This document shows positions 1 through 12,120 of a stretch of DNA of 64,000 nucleotides, piece after piece. The position numbers and the translations under genes were made by a program. Below the pieces are notes generated by a model that ran no database searches, was not told the origin of the DNA, and saw only the letters and a list, made by a program, of their open reading frames with translations. Numbering within the stretch: the stretch's first letter is position 1; each line of letters opens with the position of its first letter. Source of the stretch: Octopus sinensis (lineage: Eukaryota); contig NC_043010.1 in assembly GCF_006345805.1 (NCBI RefSeq), positions 9,796,001-9,860,000 of the forward strand, given 5' to 3'.

Positions 1-33
1 ACAATTTCTTCATTTCTAAGTAATGTTTCACAT

Positions 34-174
34 AGGTGCAGGGGTGGCTGTGTGGTAAGTTGCTTGTTATGAACCACATGGTTCCGGGTTCAGTCTTCTA
101 CTATAGCCTCGGGCCGACCAAAGCCTTGTGAGTGGATTTGGTAGACGGAAACTGAAAGAAGCCCATCGTATATG

Positions 175-232
<58 letters not shown>

Positions 233-287
233 GTATGTATGTATGTGTGTGTATGTGTTTGTCACCCCAGCATCGCTTAACAAACGA
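34..287 (+). mobile_element. tRNA-head SINE family A, partial
   Basis: Head ggtgcaggggtggctgtgtggtaag with A-box-like TGGCTGTGTGG and B-box-like GGTTCAGTC, plus a central (TA)n tract; homologous to many copies in the window. Confidence 0.85.
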
Positions 288-850
288 TGGATAGTGGAAG
301 ACTGTACTCAGTTGTCGATGAAAATCCAGCAAGGCTTTGAAATTGATTCAGCTTGGGTGGAATTTGAACTCAGAACTTGAAGATGGATGAAATACCGCAA
401 AGCCTTTTGCCTGGTATACTAACAATTCTGCCAACTCACTGCCCTGCCTTCAGAAATGATAAAATATACCAGTCATAAAAACTGTACTGATCTTATCAGC
501 TGTATCACCCAACAAGATTTGTGACCCTGTGCCAATGTTAGAAATTGAGAATTGCAATAGAATTCAAGGATCCATGGCAGTGAAATGGCAGGATTAATAG
601 AGAAATGATTAAAATTCCTTATGGTATTTAGTTGATGCTAACTTCACATTCTGAGTTCAGACTCTATTGATGCCAGCTTTGAATTTCAACTATGTAGGGG
701 ATTGGTAAAATGTTTGGGAAAGATCCAGTTTTACTACAAAGACAAAACTTTATATATACAAAACTGGGGTGGGGACTACATTATTTTATGGATGTGAAGC
801 CTGGACAGTTTACAAAAGACATGCAAAAACAAAAACAAAAAATACTTGAT

Positions 851-1025
851 AGGTGCAGGAGTGACTGTGTGGTAAGATGTTTGCTTCGTAACCACATGGT
901 TTTGGGTTCAGTCCCACTACTTGGCACCTTGGGCAAGTGTCTTCTACAATAGCCTTGGGCTCACCAAGGCCTTGTAAGTGGATTTCATAGATGGAAACTG
1001 AAAGAAACTGTTGTATATATATGTA

Positions 1026-1074
<49 letters not shown>

Positions 1075-1325
1075 TATATATATATATATATATATCTGTG
1101 GTGTGCATGTGTGTGTGTATGTATATTTATGTGCATGTGCCTTTCTGCTAGTGTTTGTCCATTAACCATTGCTTAACAACTGATTTTGGTGTGTTTATGT
1201 ACCTGTAACTTGTGATCCAGCAAAAGAATTTGGGGTCAATTTGTTTGACAAAAACCCTTTAAGGTGGTGCTCAAGCATGGCTGCAGTCAAATGACTGAAA
1301 CAAATAAAGGTATAAAAGAATAAAG
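851..1325 (+). mobile_element. SINE family A, full-length diverged
   Basis: Head, ggcaccttgggcaagtgtcttc body, (TA)n centre and gcagtcaaatgactgaaacaa tail. Confidence 0.88.
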
Positions 1326-1369
1326 ATTACTTTCATCTAAAAATTCTCTACATCAAGTGACAAACATCA

Positions 1370-1590
1370 ACTCCAGTGCGTAACTGGTACTTATTTAATC
1401 GACCCCAAAAGGATGAAAAGCAAAGTCAACCTCGGCGGAATTTGAACTCAGAACATAGCAGCAGACGAAATACCTCTTTCTTTACTACCCACAAGGGGCT
1501 AAACAGAGAGGGGACAAACAAGGACAGACAAATAGATTAAGTCGATTACATCGACCCTAGTGCATAACTGGTACTTAATTTATAATAAGA
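1370..1590 (-). mobile_element. SINE family B, two partial body units in tandem
   Basis: Reverse complement of the body gaggtcgactttgcctttcatcctttcggggtcgataaattaagtaccag; unit junction at 1474/1475. Confidence 0.8.
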
Positions 1591-2329
1591 ATTCTTAGCA
1601 TGCTGGGAAAATGATTGGTAGCATTTCATCTGTCTTTACGTTCTGAGTCCAATTTTGCCTTTCATCCTTTTGGGATTGATAAAACAAGTATCAGTTGAAT
1701 ACTGGGGTTGATGTAATCAACTTATCACGCCTCTTAAATTGCTGGCCTTGTGCCAAAATTTGAAATCAATATTAGGCCTAATAGCCCACTTCAAGACCCA
1801 TGAAGAGTAAAGCTGCTAATCCTGATATATTCAGGGACATGAAGGATGAATGTTGTCACACATACACACACACACACACATACACGTGTGTGAGTGTGTA
1901 ATGGCATTATATACATCTAGTGATAAGAATACTCAGAATTTTGCAAACATCACTATTGCATCATTTGTGATAGTTTCCAAATGCTGAGCAGCAAGAGAGA
2001 ATATTCTTTACACTGCAATAAATACTCGTACCCCTCTTCTGCACTGCATACATTTTTCCCTCTTGTCTTTAACTCGAATGTTGATACACATATAGACAGA
2101 TATACATCTACTCGCATGTGATTATGCATGTGTCTTGCAGATTTCTGAATTTTGCTGGCTCCACTGTTACTGACTATTGAATATTTTGGATATTCATCTT
2201 AAATATAGCTGAATGTTGATTGGTTACTGGAATGGTATGGAATATCTATGGTCAATATCCAGAAACATTACCCATCTGATTCTAGTTTCTTTCTTTTCAT
2301 CCGGCTGTCCGACACTCCCTCAATATGCC

Positions 2330-2466
2330 TGCATGTATATATGTATGTATGTATTATGTATGTATGTATGTTTGTATGTATGTATGTATGTATGTATGTA
2401 TGCATGTATGTTTGTATGTATGTATGTATGTATGTATGTATTATGTATGTATGCATGCATGTATGC

Positions 2467-2499
<33 letters not shown>

Positions 2500-2590
2500 T
2501 GTATGTATGTATGTAGGTATGTATGTATGCATGTATGTTTGTACGTATGTATGAATGTATGTATGTATGTATGTATTATGTATGTTTGTA
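2330..2590. repeat. (ATGT)n microsatellite
   Basis: Direct reading; source of the MYVC/HTYI ORFs. Confidence 0.95.
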
Positions 2591-2639
2591 CGATGGATTT
2601 TCCCATTGATTTCAATGTATGAGAGTCCAACAGCATTTT

Positions 2640-3415
2640 TATTTCTGATATTTATATCTCTCCAGAGACTTTAATCCAGCTAATGATCCACAGACCAATC
2701 CAGAGATTGGACATAAGAGAGGATTGCTATACAAAATGTCTGCCATGTTAGACTGAAACTTAGTCTTTGGTCTCAGTTCTTTAAGATGATCCAGGCAGCT
2801 AAATTCATAGTTTGTTTGATTTTTTTTTTATTGCAAGTAAGCCTTCATTTATTGCAATTCAATGCAGTTTTTTCAAGTGTTTCAGCTGGGTTCTTTATTA
2901 CTGTCAGTTTAGCTTTGAAACTGTTTTCATACCCTAGTCCTTCTTTTCCTACGCTTCTCTTTCTACCAAGGAGCTGGATATACATGAGAACTTTTGGAAC
3001 CTTATTGTTATTCATTCTGAAGATATTGTCAATTCTTAACCCTTTTGTTACCATATTTCTGTTGAGATGTTCTGTGTTTCTGTCAATTAATTTTAAATAT
3101 AACAATGAAATTTAGTAAAATAACTTAGTTATCACTAAGCTAGTGTTAGGAACGTAAATTGTGAATAAGGTTTGGTGGAAGATTTTTATACAAAGCTTAT
3201 GGAAACAAGACATTTGTACTCAGAGTCAGAGGCGGTTTCAGGCGGGTTGGCACCAAAAGGGTTGGAATTGCAAAAAAAAAACAAAAAAAGAAAATTCAGT
3301 ACCATCAATTCTGCATTTAAAGAGTTAGTCATTAATTCAAAGTTTTGTTATTCTGGATATGTCCACAAATGATCCTAAGACATCATTTATGAAAGACATC
3401 AGACTTTTTAATATG
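2640..3415 (-). mobile_element. Decayed RTE-type LINE 3' end, interrupted by a MITE
   Basis: Minus-strand translation across stops and frameshifts gives HIKKSDVFHK*CLRIICG...QFQ[MITE]LRIDNIFRMNNNKVPKVLMY..GRKRSVGK..GYENSFK...K*RL...CPISGLVCGSLAGLKS. This matches the RTE RT C-terminus and terminal zinc-finger-like motif. Confidence 0.7.
3040..3261 (-). mobile_element. piggyBac-type (TTAA) MITE, 222 bp
   Basis: TTAA at 3036..3039, CCCTTTT...AAAAGGG termini, second TTAA degenerate. Internal sequence is the reverse complement of 26731..26950. Confidence 0.75.
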
Positions 3416-3747
3416 TAATAGACAGTTAGACAGACAGACAAATAGAAAGATACTCAATAAATGAGTGTTATTACTTGTTATACTGCTGAGATTACTCTTT
3501 AATTCTACTCTGAGTTTTGCAAATTGTTTGATCAAAGAGGATGCTTGCAAAGTATGGATAGAGTAGCGTCAGAGTGTATACTCAGCACAATTATACAATT
3601 AAACACACCACACCACACACACACACACACACACACACAAGCATCCAATTGACGTACCAGTGAACTGTATGATTAACACACCTCTTTGAAGGATTTCTTT
3701 TCCTCAGTTTGTTACTATATACATATACATATATATATATATATATA

Positions 3748-4033
3748 GCCCAGTGGTTAGGGTAGCGGACTCGCGGTTGTAGGATTGCGGTTTCGTTTCC
3801 CAGAGTGTTTATTGAGCGAAAACACCTAAAGCTCCACGAGCCTGCAGCAGGGGGTCGTGGCGATCCCTGCTGTACTCTTTCGCCACCACTTTCTCTCACT
3901 CTTTCTTCTGTTGGCCTGCTCACTTAGTCAGCGGGGTGGCGTCATTTGAAGGCTAAAACAATGCAAAGCGTATTGTGACCAGCGATGTGTAGCAACATCT
4001 GATAGACTGGTCGGTCACGGTGATCACGGTGAT
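3748..4033 (+). mobile_element. tRNA-head SINE family C
   Basis: gcccagtggttagggtagcggactc head, aaaacacctaaagctccacgag body, gaaggctaaaacaatgc...ggtcggtcac tail; homologues at 33512, 37246 and 46920. Confidence 0.85.
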
Positions 4034-4396
4034 ATATATATATATTATATAAAATCCATTCTGTCTGTCTGTGTGTGTGTCTTCTAGGATCTCGGGCATC
4101 CTCCATCCGATTGCGCTCAAATTTGATATGTAGGTACCGACGGTATCAGGGCACGTACAAGTCTTGAAAAATTACAAAAATCGATTCCAGGTGAGAATGC
4201 GATCGATAATGCATTCTTTGGAATAGAAAAAACGTCTGTCTTTATTTCTTCTTTTGCTGGTGTCTCAAATGTAGGTTAAATCAGTGTTTCTCAAAGTTGA
4301 GGCCTATGGGACGGTCGGACAAGTTGTTTTGAGAAAATTTGGTTTAAATGTTTGACAACTCAGCACCATCCATTGGATGGGAGGGAGGTGGTGTTT

Positions 4397-4445
<49 letters not shown>

Positions 4446-5029
4446 ATATATATGTATATATGTTTAACATCCTTCTTCCATACATGCATGGGCAGGATGG
4501 TTGACAGGAGCAAGCTGGGTAGAAAATCTACCCAAGGCTACAGTGTCTGTAAGGAAGCTACTTACCACACAGCCACTCCTGCACTTATACATATCTTATA
4601 TTTTTATATACACCTATCATATGTATATTTTCTACACACATGCACACATTCCTGAATAAACCAACAATAATAGCAAAAACTGGCAAGATTACTTTTGTGA
4701 ATAATATATCTAGCAGCCAGAGAATTTTTCCTAAGAACATGATAAGACATGTGAATTGTCATGTCTTATAATATTATATAATATCATTTAATATTATAAA
4801 TTCATTTACATCTGGGATGTTTTTTAGCAATATTAAACTGATCACAGTACTCAAATGATATATTATTTTTATTGATGGCTGCCCCAAAGGATGAAAGTCT
4901 AAGATCACCTCAGTGAGGTTTGAACTAAGGATGCAATGTACCATAACTAAATACAGCTGGACTTTTTATCTGATGCTCTACCAATCCACTAACTTAGAAC
5001 TGATAACAGCTTATGTAGCTGATGATGAT

Positions 5030-5685
5030 GTAACATGACAATGAGAAGGATTATTATGATGATGATGATGGTGATGGTGATAATCATGGCAAAGATGACA
5101 ACGATGATGATGATAGTGGCGGCGGTGGTGGTGGTGGTGGTGATGATGATTATGATGATGATGATGATGGCAGTAGTAATGGTGTTGCTGGTGGTGTTGG
5201 TGACAGTGGCAGTGGTGGTGGTAGTGGTGGTGGTGGTGGTTATGGTTATGATTTTTGTTTTTGTTCTGGTGATGGTTGTGATGACGATGATGATGATGAT
5301 GATGATGATGATGGTGGCGGTGACAACAATGATGACAACAATGATGATGCTAGTGGCGGCGGTGGTGGTGGTGGTGGTGATGATGATTATGATGATGATG
5401 ATGGCAGTAGTAATGGCGTTGCTGGTGGTGTTGGTGACAGTGGTAGTGGTGGTAGTCATGGTTTTTGTTGTTGTTCTGGTGGAGGTTGTGATGACGATGA
5501 TGATGATGGCGGTGACAGCAATGATGACAACAACAACGACGTCAACAACAATGATGATGAAGTGGAGGAGGATGGTGGTGGGCGTGATGGGGGTTGTGGT
5601 TGTGGTTGTGCTGGTGATGATGGTGATGATAGTGATGATGATAATGATGACAATATGGATGCCAACGCAGATAGTGGTCATGATA
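5030..5685. repeat. Compound (GAT/GGT/GAC)n trinucleotide array with an internal ~240-bp duplication
   Basis: Direct reading; 5105..5340 is reiterated at 5345..5520. Confidence 0.9.
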
Positions 5686-6900
5686 ATAATCTCTTTAGCA
5701 GCATTGACAGTTGCTTTATTTACTTATTTACTTAATTATTTATCTGTTTGATAGCTGATATCAAGTTTTCAACGAAGACAGTGATAACTTATGGTGTTTC
5801 CCCCCACAGTAGACAACTACCCACCCAAGCACCTCCCCTCCCCCCACATCTGTAGATTCCTCTCCTTAGCAACCCACATACAAACTCTGCTAAGGATTTG
5901 ATCATCAACACGGAAAAGAAGATAAAAATCCTTCTTAGCTATCAGAATTACTGATAACATTAACGAAAATATCTCTAATATCAACCACCGACACAATAAC
6001 CACCCACGTCATACAAAACCAAAAAAAAAATAAACATAACACTGAAATATACAGAAATAGAAATGAAATCGCCCCCCCTCCCCCACTGAAAAAAAAAGAG
6101 ATTTAAAAAAAAAAATTATCACAAAATAATCAAGTTCGTTTCAATGAAAATAGTAAAAAATAATGAAAAATTGAGAAAGAAAAAAACAAATAAAATAAAA
6201 TTAGAAGCAATAGAATTTACTCAAGAAAATAAATTTAACTCGATTCCCACACAAAAATTGTACGTGGTTGGTATGTAATGTCATCGTTTGACATTATCAG
6301 TAGTGATTTGATTTTGATATGAAATGCAAAATCCATTCAGAATATGTGGCCTTTACTATTATTTCTAATTTCAGTTAAGTTAATAAATAAGGAAGAAGAT
6401 TTACTAATGTTGTTCTGTCACCAAACAAAAAAGAAAAAAAAATTTAAAATTAAATAAATGAATAAAAATGAACTAACATTGAATAAATTTTACCAAATGT
6501 CATTTTACTATAACATGTCAACAAGCCATACATAGTAAGAAGGGAAACCACGACACACGAGGTGACACTTTACAACATGGTATACCAGCACGAAAAAAAA
6601 AAAAATACAAATATGAATGTTCTGTCTGTGTGGGAGACGCACGTGTGTGCGTAGGCATGTATAAGTGTTTGTGTGTGTGTGTGTAATGAGTTATGGATTT
6701 GGAAAGAAGTGCTAAGATTTCCATTTCTCTTTAGTTAATGTCTGTGTGGGAATTGCACGTGTGTGTGTATGTATGTATGTGTGTTTCTGTGTGTGTGTGT
6801 GTGTTTGTTGTGTGTGTGTGTGTAATGATTTATGCTCCTGGAAAGGAGAAGAAGTGTTAAATTTTCAGTTCCATTTCATTAAATATATCATTTTAAAGTT

Positions 6901-7376
6901 AGGCGGCGAGCTGGCAGAAACGTTAGCGCACCGGACGAAATGCCTAGCGGTATTTCGTCTGTCGTTACGTTCTGAGTTCAAATTCTGCCGAGGTCGACTT
7001 TATCTTTCAACCTTTTGGGGTCGATAAATAAAGTACCTTTTGTCTGTCCTTTTTTGTCTCCTCTTTGTTTAGCCCCTTGTAGGCAGTAAAGAAATATATA
7101 TCATTTTAAAGTTAGGCGGCGAGCTGGCAGAAACGTTAGCATGCTGGACGAAATGCCTAGCGGTATTTCGTCTCTCGTTACGTTCTAAGTTCAAATTCCG
7201 CCGAGGTCACCTTTGCTTTTCATCCTTTCGGGGTCAATAAAAAAAGCACCAGCTTCGCTCTGGGGTCGATCTAATCGACTTAATCCCTTTGTCTGTCCTT
7301 GTTTGTCCCCTCTATGTTTAGCCCCTTGTGGGTAGTAAAGAAATAGGTATTTCGCCTGTCTTTACATTAAAGAAAT
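6901..7376 (+). mobile_element. Two SINE family B copies in tandem, separated and flanked by an 18-bp direct repeat
   Basis: ATATATCATTTTAAAGTT at 6883, 7096 and 7377; each SINE starts aggcggcgagctggcagaaacgttag. Confidence 0.9.
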
Positions 7377-7684
7377 ATATATCATTTTAAAGTTTTAAGG
7401 TCCAATGTTTTAAAAAGCAGAGATATGCTAAATAAATTGTAAATTTGTAATGTCCATGCATTTCCCAAATCTTATTAATAGCAAAAACAAAGACACATGT
7501 TAAATGATGTAGACAGTAATTGATACTGTGTTGCAACGTCTTTCTTAGCTGCAGGGCTTCCATCTTGCTATAAACAGCTTGTCATGATATAGTGATAAAC
7601 TGTAGTAAATAAGTGTCTTTTCTAATATAAACATGTGTAAGTATAGTACCTGCAGATATTCATATACACACACATATGATATAT

Positions 7685-7715
7685 ATATATGTGTGTATAT
7701 ATTACATATACATAA

Positions 7716-7760
<45 letters not shown>

Positions 7761-7899
7761 TAAACAGAAAAATAATTACAGACATGGACAAGAACATGAA
7801 ACACCACAGAGACGACACAAGAACCACAGGACGGGACATTCGAAGCCCTCAGTCATCAGTCAAGAACCAGATCATCTTAGCAATTTCGGCTGATTAATC

Positions 7900-7931
<32 letters not shown>

Positions 7932-8256
7932 TATATATATTGTGGATTGATAGATATATACTGATATTTAGCAGAATTGACAGAGTGACTCAAGAGCCAA
8001 AAGTTCCGTGTATTATCACTTATCACATCTGTCTTGTCATCACCAAACCTAGATATAAATATATATATGTGTATATATAAATATATATATGTGTATATAT
8101 AAATATATATATGTGTATGTATAAATATATATATGTGTATGTATAAATATATATATGTGTATATATAAATATATATATGTGTATATATAAATATATATAT
8201 ATAATATATATATATATATGTGTGTATATATTACATATACATAAATATATATAAAA

Positions 8257-8290
<34 letters not shown>

Positions 8291-8712
8291 GGTAAACAGT
8301 TAAAAAATAATTACAGACATGGACAAGAACATGAAACACCACAGAGACGACACAAGAACCACAGGACGGGACATTCGAAGCCTCAGTCATCAGTCAAGAA
8401 CCAGATCATCTTAGCAATTTCGGCTGATTAATATATAATATATATATATATATATACACATATAATTATATATTGTGGATTGATAATATATACTGATATT
8501 TAGCAGAATTGACAGAGTGACTCAAGAGCCAAAAGTTCCGTGTATTATCACTTATCACATCTGTCTTGTCATCACCAAACCTAGATATAATATATATATG
8601 TGTATATATAAATATATATATGTGTATATATAAATATATATATGTGTATGTATAAATATATATATGTGTATGTATAAATATATATATGTGTATATATAAA
8701 TATATATATGTG

Positions 8713-8740
<28 letters not shown>
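7685..8740. repeat. ~532-bp tandem duplication of (TA)n-embedded repeat fragments (Penelope-like ends suspected)
   Basis: ggtaaacag...ggacaagaacatgaaacaccacagagacgac... occurs at 7759 and 8291; the copies differ mainly by 1-2 nt indels. Confidence 0.85.
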
Positions 8741-8761
<21 letters not shown>

Positions 8762-9679
8762 ATGTGTGTATGCGTGAGTGAGAGAGAGAGAGACTGAGAG
8801 GAAGAGTGTGTGTGTGTTTGTGTATGTTTGTGTGTGTGTGTGTGTGTGTATGTGTGTGTGTGTGTGTATGTGTGTGTGTATCTTTGTGCTTGTGTTTGTC
8901 TTCCCATCACCTCTTGACAACAGGTGGTGATGTATTTACATCCCTGTAACTTAGCAGTTCAGCAAAACAGTACTGATAGAATAAGTACTAAGGTATTAAA
9001 AAAATTAGTCCTGGGGTGGATACATTTGGCTAAAAATTCTCCAAGGCAGTGCCCCAGCATGGCCGCAGTCTAATGACTGAAACAATTAATAGATAAAAAT
9101 AGAAGATAGTATGTGTGTGTGTGAGAGAGTGTGTGTGTGTGTGCATGTGTGGTGTATAGACACATCTAATTAATAAGCAGTTTCTCTCATTATAGTATAA
9201 ATATATACTATTATATGTGTGCATGTGTGTGTATATGCATATACATACATATATATATACATGTAGTGTGGGCTGCATCTAGGAACAAAAAGGGACAGAG
9301 GAGATGTGATGGGGATGAAAATAATTTTTTATTTTATTTTATTTTATCTAGTTTCAGCTCACGAGCTGTGGCCATGCTGGGGCACTGCCATAATGGTTTT
9401 TTTCTTTTTTTTTTTTTCATAATTTGTGTAATTCCTTGTAGTGTGAAGAAACGTAATGTCCTGTAGTGTGAAGAAATACAGGACATTGAGAGGCTGTAAA
9501 TGGAGAGGTCATTTTGTGTTGAACTGGTATGAAATGGCAGGCCATTAGTTTTCATGGAATATAATGGAAATGCTGTAAACATATCCGAGGAAACAATTCA
9601 GTTTTGCCAATTTTGTGTGTTAGTTACAACGGAGTGTGCTTATAATGTAGTATATGACGTTGATGACTACACAACCGAA

Positions 9680-9690
9680 GGAAAGATGAC

Positions 9691-9724
<34 letters not shown>

Positions 9725-9780
9725 GTGATGATGATGGTGATGATGATGATGATGATGATGATGATGGTGGTGACGATGAC

Positions 9781-9831
<51 letters not shown>

Positions 9832-9851
9832 GGTGGTGGTGATGATGATGA

Positions 9852-9882
<31 letters not shown>

Positions 9883-10050
9883 GACAATGGTGGTGATGAT
9901 GACGATGGAGGTGGTGGTGATGATGATGATGATGATGCTGATGGTGGTGGTGGTGGTGGTGATGATGATGATGATGATGACAATGATGATAACAACAATG
10001 ACAACGATGAGGAGGAAGATGAGGAGTGTGGCATGGCAGTTGTGTTGGTG
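9680..10050. repeat. (GAT)n/(GGT)n trinucleotide array
   Basis: Direct reading. Confidence 0.95.
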
Positions 10051-10275
10051 ATGGTAAACAATAGAAGTCAGCACTGGTGATGTGATGGAGGTGTCAGATG
10101 TGAAAAACAAAACTGGGTTTTAACTTCGGGGTGATATAAGTTGATGTAGAAGAGAAGCAGGCCGAGTTGGTGGTGGGGTGTAGTGGTGGTATGCAATGCT
10201 ACTAGTGTGTTGGTGAATTAGGTGACCATGTGGTGGCTGTAGGCTGGGGCCTGATGAATCAAGCAGGGATCTATC

Positions 10276-10375
10276 NNNNNNNNNNNNNNNNNNNNNNNNN
10301 NNNNNNNNNNNNNNNNNNNNNNNNNNNNNNNNNNNNNNNNNNNNNNNNNNNNNNNNNNNNNNNNNNNNNNNNNNN
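10276..10375. other. Assembly gap (100 N)
   Basis: Run of exactly 100 N, a usual placeholder for a gap of unknown size. Confidence 0.99.
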
Positions 10376-10493
10376 TCTAAAAGATGTATTAGCTTGCTGT
10401 ATTTGTAACAACAGAGATACTGTAAAGTATTTTGCCTGGATTGAGAATCCTCTATGAATAACCTTATGCATATGTATATATATGTATATGTGC

Positions 10494-10526
<33 letters not shown>

Positions 10527-10527
10527 C

Positions 10528-10563
<36 letters not shown>

Positions 10564-10813
10564 GCATACATATATGTATATGTATGTGTATATATATATA
10601 TGTATGTATATGTATATTCTTTTACTTGTTTTAGTCATTTAATTGCTGTCACACTGGAGCACTGTCTTAAAGGATTTTAGGACTTATTTTTGTAAGCCTA
10701 GTACTTATTCTATCGATCGCTTTTTGCTGAACCACTAAATTAGGGGGACATAAACATACCAGCATCGGTTGTCAAATGATGATTGGAGACAAATTCAGAC
10801 AAGCATAAATATT

Positions 10814-10845
<32 letters not shown>

Positions 10846-10950
10846 CCGAAGTAAGCACATAAATGTAAAACAAGGTGGAAAAAGGAGTACTCAAATACCA
10901 GAGGTAGAATAATATGCTTTATTTAAAAGCTGCAGAAATATAGCATTATC

Positions 10951-11093
10951 TAAAAGCAGCAGAAATATAACAAAATCTGTTACTCAGAGTTTCACATTCC
11001 CATTCATCGGACAGTTCTGTTTAACAAAACTGTCTGATGAACAGGAACGTGAAACTCTGACTATCAACTTTTGTTATATTTCTGCTGCTTTTA
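10951..11093. mobile_element. Imperfect palindrome (Penelope-like terminal structure) containing a hammerhead-like motif
   Basis: Arms 10951..11016 and 11028..11093 with an 11-nt spacer, embedded near (TA)n. Confidence 0.65.
10977..11014 (-). ncRNA. Putative type-I hammerhead-ribozyme-like motif (variant core)
   Basis: Minus strand reads CTGT-CCGATGA-ATG GGAA TGT-GAAA-C TCTGA G-T-A-ACAG: stem I 4 bp, stem II, short stem III, GUA triplet. U4 is replaced by C. Confidence 0.5.
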
Positions 11094-11276
11094 AACAATG
11101 TAGATATATAATATATATATAATTAGGATAAAGTAATTATTTAATGATTTATCCGTGCCTAGCATACCAACAAGACCATATTGCTTAATTTATATCTTAG
11201 TATAATTATATACTTATATATAATTATATATATATATATATTAATAGTATACTTATATTAATATATATAATATATA

Positions 11277-11310
<34 letters not shown>

Positions 11311-11631
11311 TATAATTATATACTTATCGTTTAACGTCCGTTCTCCATGCTAGCATGGGTATATATATATATATATGTATTTATGTATATATGTATATAT
11401 ATATAATTATATATATACACACACACACATGTATATATAGATATACACATCACTGGTACTGGTGCCATTAAGAAAGCACACAGTACACTATGTAAACTGG
11501 TTTGCATTAGGAAGATTATCCAGCCATAAAACCCATGCCAAGGTATGCAGTAGAACTTGGTGCAGACCACTGGCTCACAGACTGTGGTCAAACCATCCGA
11601 CTCATGCTAGAATAAAATACAGATAATAACT

Positions 11632-12043
11632 AAAATAAATGCACCCTTTTAAAGCCTAGTCAGGCTCATGGGCCTAGTTTGCCGGTTTCTATGGTGTATG
11701 TGTTCCCCAGCTGGACGGGACGCCAGTCCATAGCACAGCATTACTTATTTTTTCCAACTGAGTGGACTGGAGCAATGTGAAATGAAGTCTTTTGCTCAAG
11801 AAAACAACGCATCGCCCGGTCCAGGAATCAAAACCACAACCTTACGATTGTATGTTTTTACTCAGCTGGACGGGACGTCAGTCCATCACAGCATTACTTA
11901 TTTTTGCCAGCTGAGTGGACTGGAGCAACGTGAAATGAATTGTTTTGGTCAAGAACACAACGCGTTGCCCAGTTCAGGTATCGAAACCACAATCTTACGA
12001 TCATGATGCTGACACCCTAACCACTAAGCCACGTGCCTCCACA
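11632..12043 (-). mobile_element. tRNA-head SINE family D with an internal ~150-bp tandem duplication
   Basis: Minus-strand head tgtggaggcacgtggcttagtggttagggtgtcagc; the body cagctggacgggacg...gcaacgtgaaatgaa occurs twice; homologue at 40243. Confidence 0.85.
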
Positions 12044-12120
12044 GGATACAGATGTTAAATGATTTTAATAATGGTGATGTTGATGATGATGATGATGATG
12101 AGGAGGAGGAGGAGGATATA

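Noticed and set aside
7830-7900. Third hammerhead-like motif (minus strand CTGATGA...; ...ATCAGCCGAAA)
   Set aside because: GAAA and stem I are not in the required positions, and the 5' part is truncated by (TA)n; cannot be supported.
10120-10642. ORFs spanning the N run
   Set aside because: Artefacts of the assembly gap; contiguity across it is not guaranteed.
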